Of a DNA stretch of 64,000 nt, positions 36,613-45,860 are shown piece after piece (positions within the stretch are counted from its first letter, which is position 1; every line of letters starts with the position of its first letter). Source of the stretch: Candidatus Pacearchaeota archaeon. Its GTDB lineage: Archaea; Nanobdellota; Nanobdellia; Pacearchaeales; JAPDKA01. The stretch is taken from NCBI GenBank assembly GCA_038840695.1, contig JAWBVE010000004.1:774-64773 (forward strand). Reading direction: 5' to 3'. The position numbers and the translations under genes were made by a program. Under the pieces are notes generated by a model, which was not told where the DNA came from, did no database searches, and saw only the letters and a program-made list of their open reading frames with translations.

Positions 36613-37682
36613 TTTTCTCTTCCTTTTTTCTCTTTTTTCTTTTCTTCCATATTAATAATTAGAAAATTAGTATCTGAAATAACTTGTTGAATTTCAGGTA
36701 GCTCTTCACTTTGATCCTCACTTTGATCTTCACTTCGTCCATTTTCTTTACCTTTTTCTTCTTTTTCAATTGCAATTTCAAGTTCATATTCATCATCTAT
36801 ATTTTTTTCTTTACTGCCTAAAATGCCAGGATCAAAAAAAATCTTTTCGATTTCACTTGGCCTAAGTTCACTATTGTCACTTTCTTCCTCAACTTCGACC
36901 TCTATCTCATATTCTTCTATCTTTTCCAATTTTGTTCGCTTATCTTCAATTAGATCTTTTATCATGCTGACATCATAGTCTTTCATAGATTCCTTAGCTT
37001 TATCTTTAACCTTAATGTTCCTATATTGCTCTTCAGAATAAAAATTAATCGCGTGAAGATTATCTTTTATTAGTTCTTTGATTTTTTCATAGCCAGAAAC
37101 ATCATCTAAGGCCTTTATAAACCATTCTTTAAAGACCATCAACTCATCAAACCAATAGCGATGTGCAACTTCGGAAAGCTCTTTCTTTAGATCATAGGCT
37201 GGATCGTAGGAATTTGCATAAATATCAGCAATTTTTTCGCATAGATCACTAAGCTCCTTAATTAATCTTTCATGTTCAGTTTTTTCAATTAATGTCGAGC
37301 CAATTCGAATTTTTTCTTCTCTTTCCATTTTTTCTAATTCACCCCCATCAACCTTACTCTCAACCTCAACCTTTTCTATTTCTAAAGGATCTTCATCGTA
37401 AACCCAATTACCAAGTGCATCGTTTGTCCTTATATAATTAATAATTAAACTTAAGTCACCTTCAAACGCTCTTTTGAAAGCTTCAATAAGTCTTTCTCTT
37501 GTCATCCCCCCTCCAATTTTCATTGCTTTATCCGAATTTGAAAACCAACCAAGCCATCCAATAATCTGCGAACAATCGAAATTGTTATCGTAAATTTCAT
37601 TCCCGAAATATTTCTTAATATCGCGAGCTATTTCCTCCATTATTTTTTCATATTCTTTTTTGCTAATTTTTTTCTTTTTCAT
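36609..37682 (-). CDS. acidic hypothetical protein, translationally coupled to the GGDEF gene
   Basis: ATG at 37682. The stop overlaps the GGDEF start (ATGA at 36609-36612). Highly acidic E/D-rich protein. No known motif. Confidence 0.4.
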   Translation of the reverse strand: MKKKKISKKEYEKIMEEIARDIKKYFGNEIYDNNFDCSQIIGWLGWFSNSDKAMKIGGGMTRERLIEAFKRAFEGDLSLIINYIRTNDALGNWVYDEDPLEIEKVEVESKVDGGELEKMEREEKIRIGSTLIEKTEHERLIKELSDLCEKIADIYANSYDPAYDLKKELSEVAHRYWFDELMVFKEWFIKALDDVSGYEKIKELIKDNLHAINFYSEEQYRNIKVKDKAKESMKDYDVSMIKDLIEDKRTKLEKIEEYEIEVEVEEESDNSELRPSEIEKIFFDPGILGSKEKNIDDEYELEIAIEKEEKGKENGRSEDQSEDQSEELPEIQQVISDTNFLIINMEEKKKEKKGREK

Positions 37683-37792
37683 TTCAAAATTTGCGAGTTA
37701 GCTTGGCTTTTGCTCTTTATTTTAATAAGCTAAAGCCATTTATAAATTTTTTGATTTATTAACTACATAGTAGTAAAGTTTATAAATTTTAA

Positions 37793-38209
37793 ATGCCTTT
37801 CAAAATTGGGAAAATAAAATCAAAACTCAAAATGAAAAGTGAAAAAGGCAAAATGGAAAGCCCAGAAGAAAAAGTAAGAAAGATAAGGGAAGAAATAATG
37901 CATATGAGAGATGAAGATTTAGTTAAATATGGAGACTTAGCTTCCTATATATTATTTGGATATTTGCACGGGGACAGAAATTTAATTGAAGAAGTAAGAT
38001 ATTATATAAACTCCCGTGATCCATTAATTCATGATGCGGATTGGTTTAGGCCAATAAGGATACAACAAAGTTTTGTTGATAAGCTAATATATTTTATAAA
38101 TATCCTTCGAGAAATTCAAAGGAGAGAAAATATTGATGAATTTACAAAAGAGTATGCCGTAGAGCTTTTAGAAAAAATTAGAGCACATTATTTAAAAAAA
38201 GATAAATAA
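37793..38209 (+). CDS. hypothetical protein
   Basis: ORF with an ATG start. Lys-rich N-terminus. No motif. Confidence 0.3.
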   Translation: MPFKIGKIKSKLKMKSEKGKMESPEEKVRKIREEIMHMRDEDLVKYGDLASYILFGYLHGDRNLIEEVRYYINSRDPLIHDADWFRPIRIQQSFVDKLIYFINILREIQRRENIDEFTKEYAVELLEKIRAHYLKKDK

Positions 38210-38210
38210 A

Positions 38211-38942
38211 ATGAGAAAGAAATTAGCAGCAATTATCTTCAGCCTTGCACTTGCTGGCTTTGTAGGCTGTGCAGGAATGAGGAGCCAGGTTAGTTGGGTT
38301 AAAAGTTATTATAAGAAATATTATGCAGCGCTTAGTAGCAAAGAAAATTATAGTAAAAATTTAAAAAAACTTGAAGAGGATGAATATGTGCTGCCAAATG
38401 ATGTTTTTGAAGCTTATGCAAAAATAGTCATGGGGAATTACCCTCTCCCCCCAGAACAAATAGGAGGATACATAAATGTGCCACTGAACTCTAAAAACTA
38501 CGAAAAATTTAGGAATGCATTGAAAGACAACTATAGCGAACAAGAAATAGCACTTTTTTATTCAATACTAAGCAAAAAAGGTAATATAATAATTAAGGAA
38601 AAAGCCTTAGATGAAGCCTTAAATGATCCGGATTTGGATACAATCTTAATTCACGAAAGAACTCATAAAGAATTTGATAAGTTAAGTAATAAAGAAAAGA
38701 ATAAAGTATGTAAAGTTCATGAGCTCTTTAAGCAAATGAAAAATCCTGATGGAACGTATTTTTTGAATTTTAAAAGGTCGTCTATGGGCTTCGGCAATTT
38801 TATCGAGCTCTACGCAAATTGTGATGAATTTTTTCCTTTCCTTGTTACAGATTCATTACGCCAAGAAGTGGAGCAAGAGCTAAGAAAATATCCTGATGTT
38901 TATAAAATCTTTGAAAAAATCAAGGCAAAAGTTAAAAAGTAA
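38211..38942 (+). CDS. putative lipoprotein with HExxH motif (possible zinc metallopeptidase)
   Basis: Lipobox-like LALAGFVGCAG. LDTILIHERTHKEF contains H-E-R-T-H. Starts 2 nt after the upstream gene. Confidence 0.4.
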   Translation: MRKKLAAIIFSLALAGFVGCAGMRSQVSWVKSYYKKYYAALSSKENYSKNLKKLEEDEYVLPNDVFEAYAKIVMGNYPLPPEQIGGYINVPLNSKNYEKFRNALKDNYSEQEIALFYSILSKKGNIIIKEKALDEALNDPDLDTILIHERTHKEFDKLSNKEKNKVCKVHELFKQMKNPDGTYFLNFKRSSMGFGNFIELYANCDEFFPFLVTDSLRQEVEQELRKYPDVYKIFEKIKAKVKK

Positions 38943-38960
38943 AAGTTAAAACATTTTGGA

Positions 38961-39033
38961 TGCCCCCACGAGGACTCGAACCTCGATTACAGGCTCCGCA
39001 AGCCCGTGGCCTATCCAATTAGCCGATGGGGGC
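38961..39033 (-). tRNA. tRNA-Arg (anticodon GCG)
   Basis: The reverse complement folds as acceptor GCCCCCA/UGGGGGC, D arm GGCU-AAUUGGAUA-GGCC, anticodon arm CGGGC-UUGCGGA-GCCUG, T arm CGAGG-UUCGAGU-CCUCG, discriminator A. Confidence 0.85.
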
Positions 39034-39113
39034 TGCAAGCAGGCACAAGCAGGCACAAATTTAAAAGCATTCAAATTTTAAAAACATAAATACGAGATTT
39101 TAAAAGCTAAAGT

Positions 39114-39542
39114 TTAACTGCCAGCTATTATATCAGCAATAAATGCAACAGCCATGCTCAACGTTAATAAATCAATTATGAAGCAATATCTGCATACAGC
39201 TTTTATCACAAAAAACTGCAAAAATATAAGATAGAGTGAGAATAATGACATAGCAACGAGGAGAAAAAATATAGCTTTATCTTTAGTATTGCTTGGATTT
39301 TTTATTTGTGCAGCACTCAGCAAGGCTAAAATCAAAAATGCAAGTATGCCTAGAATGCTTAAGGGCATTCCAGCAATATCAGAGAAAGCACTTGCATCGA
39401 CAATCGCACAGCCTCCACTGACAAAGCAAGAGTCAGCAGGCTTGAGTTTGTTAATTTCAATGTAGGCAGAAATAACTAAGCTTATTATTGAAACAATTAA
39501 TATATATGCAAGCACGATTTTTTTTCTTTTTTTAGCTTCCAT
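39114..39542 (-). CDS. VKOR-like (vitamin K epoxide reductase family) membrane protein
   Basis: Four TM segments. Loop Cys pair SCFVSGGCAIVDASAFSDIAGMPLSILG (C......C..V..S.....G.P...G). CRYC (CxxC) in the last TM region. Confidence 0.55.
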   Translation of the reverse strand: MEAKKRKKIVLAYILIVSIISLVISAYIEINKLKPADSCFVSGGCAIVDASAFSDIAGMPLSILGILAFLILALLSAAQIKNPSNTKDKAIFFLLVAMSLFSLYLIFLQFFVIKAVCRYCFIIDLLTLSMAVAFIADIIAGS

Positions 39543-39623
39543 ATAACATGAAGACTTTTAACTTTTTAAGCCTTTTGGAAAAATTTAAAAAGTGTGCCAC
39601 TATAGAGTAATACGAAAATCAAT

Positions 39624-40403
39624 ATGAAGATCAAATCGAAGTTGCTGGCTTTCATCTCAGCATTATTTTTGGCTGGCAGTGGCACTAGCAATGCCTTTGA
39701 AGAGGCCACGCACTTTTTTATTAATCTAAATCCTCTACCCTATGCTATAGAAAAAGAAATAAGTGAGGATAATGACAGCGAAGAGTCAAGCCAATTAGGC
39801 CAATTAAGCAAAGAAATCAGACATTATTATGTTGATGCAAGCAGAGAGGAGGGCGAAGAAGAGCTAAAAAAGTTAATGCATAATGAGTATGGAGCTGAGG
39901 AAGCCTGGTTTTATGTTAAGGGCAAACTTCGTAATGGCATGCTCATTGAAAGATGGTTTGAATGCGGCGAGGGTGAGACAACTTCATTAATAAGAGAAAC
40001 AGTTAATCCAGGATTAGTAATAGATTACTTTACTAATATAGAGAATTTTATTGGCTATCATATTCATCCAATCTGCCAAGCAAAAGCCAAGACATTTTGC
40101 ACGAGCAATTTTCCAAGCATGGATGATCTTTATGCAGCTTTCGCGCTTAAGCTAATCATAACTTCAGAAGCAAGTGAGCGAGGAGTTCCGATTAAAAGAA
40201 TAAGCTCTGGGATTGTTACTCCAATTGGAGTTTATGATATCGATGTTCCTGAAATTAATGATAATAATCAGGAGGAGATAAAATCCAGAATAATAAACTA
40301 TGCTGTTGAACTTTTATTAAATAACCCGGATGAGGTTGAAGAAAATTTGGATAGCTTACTAAAAAAGTTAGGCTGGATTAAGCTAAGGCGGTATAAAAAG
40401 TGA
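39624..40403 (+). CDS. secreted hypothetical protein with JAB/RadC-like HxH...PSxDD motif
   Basis: Signal peptide LLAFISALFLAGSGTSNA. GYHIHPICQAKAKTFCTSNFPSMDDL resembles the JAMM/RadC HNHP...PSxxD motif, but with a longer Cys-containing spacer. Confidence 0.35.
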   Translation: MKIKSKLLAFISALFLAGSGTSNAFEEATHFFINLNPLPYAIEKEISEDNDSEESSQLGQLSKEIRHYYVDASREEGEEELKKLMHNEYGAEEAWFYVKGKLRNGMLIERWFECGEGETTSLIRETVNPGLVIDYFTNIENFIGYHIHPICQAKAKTFCTSNFPSMDDLYAAFALKLIITSEASERGVPIKRISSGIVTPIGVYDIDVPEINDNNQEEIKSRIINYAVELLLNNPDEVEENLDSLLKKLGWIKLRRYKK

Positions 40404-40664
40404 AAAAAGAGAATTAATGCTTCTGCATAAAACGAGGCTAAGGGCTCGACAGATAAAGAACTATACCAAAAGCAAGCTAATACAGATAGCTTATTAAATT
40501 CATAATACAGAGGAAAGTATGTTAAAGGTAAATTTCAAAACATCTGAGAAATATGATATAGAAGTTATGAGGAGATATGCTCTTCCTGGTAGAGGGGACT
40601 GGAACTGGAGCGACCATGTTTTTTTATTTCACCCAAAACTAAGACAAAAATTAAGAATATAAAG

Positions 40665-41279
40665 TTGAGGAAAGAGAAAGAAAGAGTAATAGAAAGATAT
40701 GTGAGAGAATTTTACGATAGGGAAATCTTTAATTTAAATAAGAAAAAAGAATATTTTAAAAGAGAATGGAAAAAAATAAACAACCAATATGAAAAAGCAC
40801 TTTGTGAATTGATGGAAATAAATCCTATGGCTATAAAAATAGAAGCAACATGTATTATTTCTATATGCCCTATATGCCCTCGAGATTTAAAGAAAAAAAC
40901 TTTTTCTGTTTTTTACAAACAAAAAATAAAACAAGCCAGACTAACAATTGCTCATGAAATTTTACATTTTTATTATTTTTACAAATGGAAAAAGATTTTT
41001 CAAAAAAACAATGAAAAAAATTTTGATGGGCCGCATATAATCTGGCATCTTAGCGAGATATTGGCACCAGTTATCTTAAATACCAAAAGAATACAAAAGC
41101 TTCTAAGAGAGAAAGCGAGAGGGTATAAGGAGCATGAAGCTTTTAAAATAAAAGGCAAAAATTCGATAGCACATTTTAAAGAATTATATAGTAAGCATGG
41201 CAAAGAAGGTTTTTCAGAATTTCTTAAGAAAGCATATATGGAAATTAAAAAGTATAAGAAAGAAATTCAGAAAATTTAG
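40665..41279 (+). CDS. hypothetical basic protein with HExxH motif (YgjP/DUF45- or SprT-like putative metal-dependent hydrolase)
   Basis: TIAHEILHFYYF contains H-E-I-L-H. CPICP lies upstream. The track start is TTG with no nearby ATG, so the start is uncertain. A 47-aa ATG ORF (40519-40660) lies just upstream in another frame. Confidence 0.3.
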   Translation: MRKEKERVIERYVREFYDREIFNLNKKKEYFKREWKKINNQYEKALCELMEINPMAIKIEATCIISICPICPRDLKKKTFSVFYKQKIKQARLTIAHEILHFYYFYKWKKIFQKNNEKNFDGPHIIWHLSEILAPVILNTKRIQKLLREKARGYKEHEAFKIKGKNSIAHFKELYSKHGKEGFSEFLKKAYMEIKKYKKEIQKI

Positions 41280-41406
41280 GCTGGCCCACACTTTATTCAG
41301 CCTCCTTTTTGCACAGAATGAGCAAGAAGGAGCAACGACCGAAAGATTTATAAATTGTTACTACTTAGTAATAATATAAAAAATTAAATTAAAAACCAAA
41401 ACAAAA

Positions 41407-41724
41407 ATGAAAAGACTATATAATTTAATTGCTGCAGGCGGATTGGCTGCTTTATTGGGTTGTGCGCATGTTGATGTAGCAAAAGCGCCAGCATGGCTTT
41501 ATAATGTTCCAGAGAAATGTGCAGTAGGAAAGGCAGAGAGAGGAACTAATGCCTATCTAGCAAGACTACGCGCAGAAAGTGCTGCAAGACGAGAGCTTGC
41601 CTTAAAGTATGGCCAATGCAAAGAGAAAAATGGTAGAAAAGAATGCGTGCAAGTGCAAAGAGGCGTGAGCTTTGAATTTTACGACGATGGAAATAACCTT
41701 TATGCACTAGGTTGCATGCGCTAA
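41407..41724 (+). CDS. small lipoprotein-like hypothetical protein
   Basis: Lipobox-like LAALLGCAHV. 105 aa. Confidence 0.35.
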   Translation: MKRLYNLIAAGGLAALLGCAHVDVAKAPAWLYNVPEKCAVGKAERGTNAYLARLRAESAARRELALKYGQCKEKNGRKECVQVQRGVSFEFYDDGNNLYALGCMR

Positions 41725-41788
41725 TAAAAAATAAGAAAGGCAGTCATTTGCTTACAAAAGCTTTTTAATTTGTTTTTTTTCTTTATTT

Positions 41789-43267
41789 ATGGAAAAGCTT
41801 GAGCTTATAAATGGGATAGCATTAAAAAGAGGCTTTTTTATGCCATCTGCAGAAATTTATAGGGGCAAGGCAGAGCTTGGTGGACTTTATTGCTATGGCC
41901 ATCTTGGAAAAGCACTAAAGCTAAAATTTGAGAATTTATGGAAGGCTTTTTTCTTAAAGCTTCATGATAACTTTCATGAAATTGAGGGAACTTGTATTTT
42001 GCCAAAAGCAGTTTTTGAGGCTAGTGGCCATCTTGAGCATTTTAATGATCCTCTCGTGGAATGCCTAAAATGCCACTTCAGATTTAGAGCAGACAATTTC
42101 TTAGAAGATGAATTAAACATAAAGGTTGAAGGGCTTAGTATTGAGGATATGGACAAGCTAATCAAGAAAAACAAGCTTAAGTGCCCAAAATGCAAATCAT
42201 CTCAACTAAGTGATGTTCATTTCTATAATATGATGTTTGGGTTAAGTTTGGGGGCAATAGGAGGGAATATTAATGCATACTTAACTCCTGAAACAGCCCA
42301 GCAAAGCTATCTTGCATTTGCTCGTGAGTTTGAGGCTTTGAGAAAGCAATTGCCGCTAGGCTTAGCTGTTATAGGAAAAGTTTTTAGAAATGAAATAAGC
42401 CCTAGGCAACTTTTTTTCAGGCTTAGAGAATTTACTCAAGCGGAACTTCAAGTTTTTATAGCTCCTGAAATGCTTGAGCAGGATTTATTTAATGCGTGGG
42501 AGAAAATTAAAGACAAAAAACTGCCAATAAAACTTGTTAAAGACAAGACAGCAAGAGAGCATTCACTTGCCGAGCTGAACAAGAGCTATCCAAAACTTTA
42601 TCTTTATTTTCTTTACAAAATTTATGAATTTTATACAGAGAAGATAAAAATTCCTCGAGAGAAGCTTAGGTTTAGAGAGCTTAGTGAGGAAGAAAGAGCT
42701 TTTTATAACAAAGCCCACTTTGATATAGAGCTTTTTATAGAAAGCCTTGGAGGCTTTAAGGAAGTAGGTGGCTTGCATTATAGGGGTGATTATGACTTAA
42801 GTAGGCATCAAAAGCATAGCAAAGAAAGGCTTGAGATATTTTGGGCTAACAAGAAAATTATTCCCCATGTAATAGAGCTAAGCTTTGGTGTCGATAGGAA
42901 CATTTTCGCTTTTCTTGACATTTTTTTCAGGCAAGAAAAAGAAAGATGCCTTTTCAGTTTTCCAGCTTCGATTGCGCCAATCGACATAGCAATTTTTCCT
43001 CTTGTTAACAAAGATAAGCTTCCAGAAAAAGCGAGAGAAGTTTATAACATGCTAAAAGGCTGGTTTAAATGCTATTATGATGAGGCTGATAGTATTGGTA
43101 GACGCTATAGAAGACAAGATGAGATAGGAACCCCATTTTGCATAACTATTGATTTTCAGAGCTTGGAAGATAATACTGTTACTGTAAGAGATCGCGATAG
43201 CATGAAACAAGAGAGAATTGCTATAGACAAGCTTATTGATTATTTTTGCAAAAAATTTACTTCTTGA
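41789..43267 (+). CDS. glyS: glycyl-tRNA synthetase, archaeal/eukaryotic alpha2 type
   Basis: LKRGFFMPSAEIYRGKAELGGLYCYGHLG matches RRGF..PS.EIYGG..G.YDYGP.G. AVFEASGHLEHFNDPLVEC is present. The C-terminal anticodon-binding domain contains IAPIDIAIFPL. Confidence 0.85.
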   Translation: MEKLELINGIALKRGFFMPSAEIYRGKAELGGLYCYGHLGKALKLKFENLWKAFFLKLHDNFHEIEGTCILPKAVFEASGHLEHFNDPLVECLKCHFRFRADNFLEDELNIKVEGLSIEDMDKLIKKNKLKCPKCKSSQLSDVHFYNMMFGLSLGAIGGNINAYLTPETAQQSYLAFAREFEALRKQLPLGLAVIGKVFRNEISPRQLFFRLREFTQAELQVFIAPEMLEQDLFNAWEKIKDKKLPIKLVKDKTAREHSLAELNKSYPKLYLYFLYKIYEFYTEKIKIPREKLRFRELSEEERAFYNKAHFDIELFIESLGGFKEVGGLHYRGDYDLSRHQKHSKERLEIFWANKKIIPHVIELSFGVDRNIFAFLDIFFRQEKERCLFSFPASIAPIDIAIFPLVNKDKLPEKAREVYNMLKGWFKCYYDEADSIGRRYRRQDEIGTPFCITIDFQSLEDNTVTVRDRDSMKQERIAIDKLIDYFCKKFTS

Positions 43268-43320
43268 GATAGAAAAATATTTAAAGAAAAATATTTAAAC
43301 TCTGAAGTAATTAATTTTTT

Positions 43321-43599
43321 ATGACATTAGATGAGAAAATTAAGGAGAATGAATTTGAGATTAGCAGAGTGAATGATAAGGAGGCAAATGAAGAAAAAAA
43401 TGCTTTGAGTGCAGTACTTTATATGATTCCTATAATTGGCGATATAGAATTAGTTAAAGGATTAAAGGAAATACCTGAGCCAAGGTTTCATAAGTATGGT
43501 TTTTTCACTATTTTTGAAATTACAAAATATGGCGTTTGGCTCGGCTTAGGATATGCAGCTTATAAAATTTTTGATGCACTAAGTAAGATCCTTCATTAA
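43321..43599 (+). CDS. small hypothetical protein
   Basis: 92-aa ORF with an ATG start and one hydrophobic segment. Confidence 0.3.
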   Translation: MTLDEKIKENEFEISRVNDKEANEEKNALSAVLYMIPIIGDIELVKGLKEIPEPRFHKYGFFTIFEITKYGVWLGLGYAAYKIFDALSKILH

Positions 43600-43738
43600 A
43601 CTACTTATTTTAAAATTCCGCAAGAAATCTGCCTGTTTTCGTCGATGGATGAATTGTGTTTAATTATATCTGAGATTTTTGAAATGAGGTAAGTAAATCA
43701 AGCTTTTGGGTGATTTCTGAGCTGCAGGCGCCGGTGTG

Positions 43739-44041
43739 TCAATCAATAGAAAAATATTTTTTATTTTTTCCTTTAATTTTCCAAAATTCAAGGCGTGCTC
43801 CTGCATCAAGCCACGCATGAGCATAATAGATAGCTGCGATTGCTCGCAAATAATCTTTTTGTTTAAAAAAATACATTGAATCGCTTAGATAAGATTCAGC
43901 CATTTCAACAAATTCTCTAGCTTTTTCGAGCTTTGCCTTATCTTTAGTTAAATTTTTCTTCGCAATTTCCAAAGCTCTTTTGCTAAAATTAAATTCTTTT
44001 TTTATATACTCAATTTGCTTAGCATTTCCTTCTTTTTTCAT
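43739..44041 (-). CDS. small hypothetical alpha-helical protein
   Basis: 100-aa ORF with ATG at 44041. YAHAWLDAG block. Family unresolved. Confidence 0.3.
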   Translation of the reverse strand: MKKEGNAKQIEYIKKEFNFSKRALEIAKKNLTKDKAKLEKAREFVEMAESYLSDSMYFFKQKDYLRAIAAIYYAHAWLDAGARLEFWKIKGKNKKYFSID

Positions 44042-44170
44042 TAACTAGCATTATTCTCAAAATTAAAAATCTTGGCTTTGTACACTTGCTTGCACTCGCT
44101 TTGCAAATATTTTTAATAATTCAAAGCTATTTTTAAAATTCAAAGCAAGATAAAAAACAAGATAAAAAAA

Positions 44171-44566
44171 ATGGAAAGCAAAACGGGAAATAAAATGGAA
44201 GAAAGAGAAAAAGAAAAAGTGAAAAGAGAAAATTTAAAAAAGATGTTTAATAGTGAGAGAGGAGGAATGTATTATCTTTTGATGCGCGAGAGTGTTGGAG
44301 GAAATGCTGGCTATTACGGGGATAAGCCTTGCGTGGCCGCAAATTTTCTTTATAATGAGAAAGGCGAGATCGTGGAATTTACAAATTATAGAGAAGGCAA
44401 AAAATTATATAAAGGAACTTTTAGAATAGTTGTAAACCCAAAAGGAAAAAAATCTTATAAGGAAATATATGAAAAAATAGTCAATGTTTTTCTCGACAAA
44501 GATAGTCCAAAAGAAAGTCAAGAAATCATTAAAAAGTGTGCAGAAGAATATAACAAGCTAGAGTAA
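44171..44566 (+). CDS. hypothetical protein
   Basis: 131-aa ORF with an ATG start and a K/E-rich N-terminus. Confidence 0.3.
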   Translation: MESKTGNKMEEREKEKVKRENLKKMFNSERGGMYYLLMRESVGGNAGYYGDKPCVAANFLYNEKGEIVEFTNYREGKKLYKGTFRIVVNPKGKKSYKEIYEKIVNVFLDKDSPKESQEIIKKCAEEYNKLE

Positions 44567-44616
44567 AAGACTCGTAAAAGACTCGAGTAAAAGACAGCGA
44601 TAGAGAGTAAAAAGAT

Positions 44617-44630
44617 AAAATATTAAAAAA
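44617..44630 (+). promoter_or_regulatory. TATA-box-like element upstream of tRNA-Ala
   Basis: AAAATATTAAAAAA is centred about 27 nt upstream of the tRNA 5' end (44651). Confidence 0.3.
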
Positions 44631-44650
44631 CTAAAGATATGCTTCTTTGA

Positions 44651-44722
44651 GGGCTCGTAGTTCAATGGTAGAACGCTCCCTTGGCTAGGGAGAGGTTCCG
44701 GGTTCAAGTCCCGGCGAGTCCA
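44651..44722 (+). tRNA. tRNA-Ala (anticodon GGC)
   Basis: Acceptor GGGCUCG/CGAGUCC with the G3:U70 Ala identity pair. D arm GUUC-AAUGGUA-GAAC. Anticodon arm CUCCC-UUGGCUA-GGGAG. T arm CCGGG-UUCAAGU-CCCGG. Discriminator A. Confidence 0.9.
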
Positions 44723-44732
44723 TTTTTATAAC

Positions 44733-45206
44733 ATGCAAACTTCAATTTTAACTTCAATTTTAGTAGCTATTTTACTTTCAATGCTGCCAATAAGTGAGCT
44801 ACGCGGAGGTTTGATTTATGCCTTTGCATCTAAACTAAATCCTGTCTTAGCCTTTTTTGTTTGTGTTTTATCTAATCTTTTAATTGCACCACTTTTGTTT
44901 TTATTTTTATCATCTTTGCACTTAGCACTTTACAAAATTAAAACTTATAGAAAATTATTTGATGCTTATATAAGAAGCTTAGATAAAAAAGTTGAGAAGT
45001 ATGAGAGAAGGCATAAAGTTCTAGGTTATCTTGCCTTAACTTTGTTTGTTGCAGTCCCATTACCTTTTACAGGAGCATGGACAGCAAGCTTTATAGCATG
45101 GATACTTGGCTTAGATAAGAAAAAGAGCATTTTTGCTATAAGCGTTGGCGTTATTATTGCAGGACTTATCATTACAGCATTAGCTTTGTCAGGCAGGCTT
45201 TTATGA
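44733..45206 (+). CDS. small integral membrane protein (COG2426 / putative small multidrug-export family-like)
   Basis: Four TM segments. N-terminal [19 protein letters not shown] motif. Starts 11 nt after tRNA-Ala. Confidence 0.45.
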   Translation: MQTSILTSILVAILLSMLPISELRGGLIYAFASKLNPVLAFFVCVLSNLLIAPLLFLFLSSLHLALYKIKTYRKLFDAYIRSLDKKVEKYERRHKVLGYLALTLFVAVPLPFTGAWTASFIAWILGLDKKKSIFAISVGVIIAGLIITALALSGRLL

Positions 45207-45268
45207 TGTTTTTTGGCTTTTGTTTTTTCGATAGAAAAATTTTTAAATTTTTTTTAAAAAATGCTATA

Positions 45269-45832
45269 ATGAAAGATCCAGTAACTGTTTCTGATCCAAA
45301 GCCTGTCAAAAAAGGAACGAGAACATATGAAAATTTGTTGAAAGCATTCGCTGGCGAGTCACAAGCAAGAAATAGATATAGCTTTTTTGCCAAAATTGCT
45401 AGAGAACAAGGACTTCATCACATTGCAGCAATTTTTGAGGAGACAGCAAATCATGAAGCAGAGCATGCAAAAATGATATGGAAGCTCCTAGGAGAGTGGT
45501 CTAGCACAGCAGAAAATCTTAAGAAAGCAATTCAAGGAGAAAATTATGAGCATACAAAAATGTACCCTGAATTTAAGAAAATAGCTGAGGAAGAAGGATT
45601 TAAGGATGCTGTTAGATTTTTTACCGAGGTTGCCGAGGTCGAAGAGCAACACGAGAAAAGATATAGAAAACTTTTAGAGGAGTTAGAAAAAGGAAAGGTT
45701 TTTAAGAAGGAAAAAGAAGTGATGTGGGTTTGTAGAAATTGTGGTTATGTGCATATAGGCAAAGAAGCTCCGAAGGAGTGCCCTAATTGCAGACATCCAC
45801 AAAGTTATTTTGAGGTGAGATGTGAATATTGA
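45269..45832 (+). CDS. rbr: rubrerythrin
   Basis: The ATG at 45269 is preferred over the track start 45203. Diiron ExxH helices ([60 protein letters not shown]). C-terminal rubredoxin-like CRNCGY...CPNC. Confidence 0.85.
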   Translation: MKDPVTVSDPKPVKKGTRTYENLLKAFAGESQARNRYSFFAKIAREQGLHHIAAIFEETANHEAEHAKMIWKLLGEWSSTAENLKKAIQGENYEHTKMYPEFKKIAEEEGFKDAVRFFTEVAEVEEQHEKRYRKLLEELEKGKVFKKEKEVMWVCRNCGYVHIGKEAPKECPNCRHPQSYFEVRCEY

Positions 45833-45860
45833 AGAATATTGAAGAATATTGAAGTCTGCA

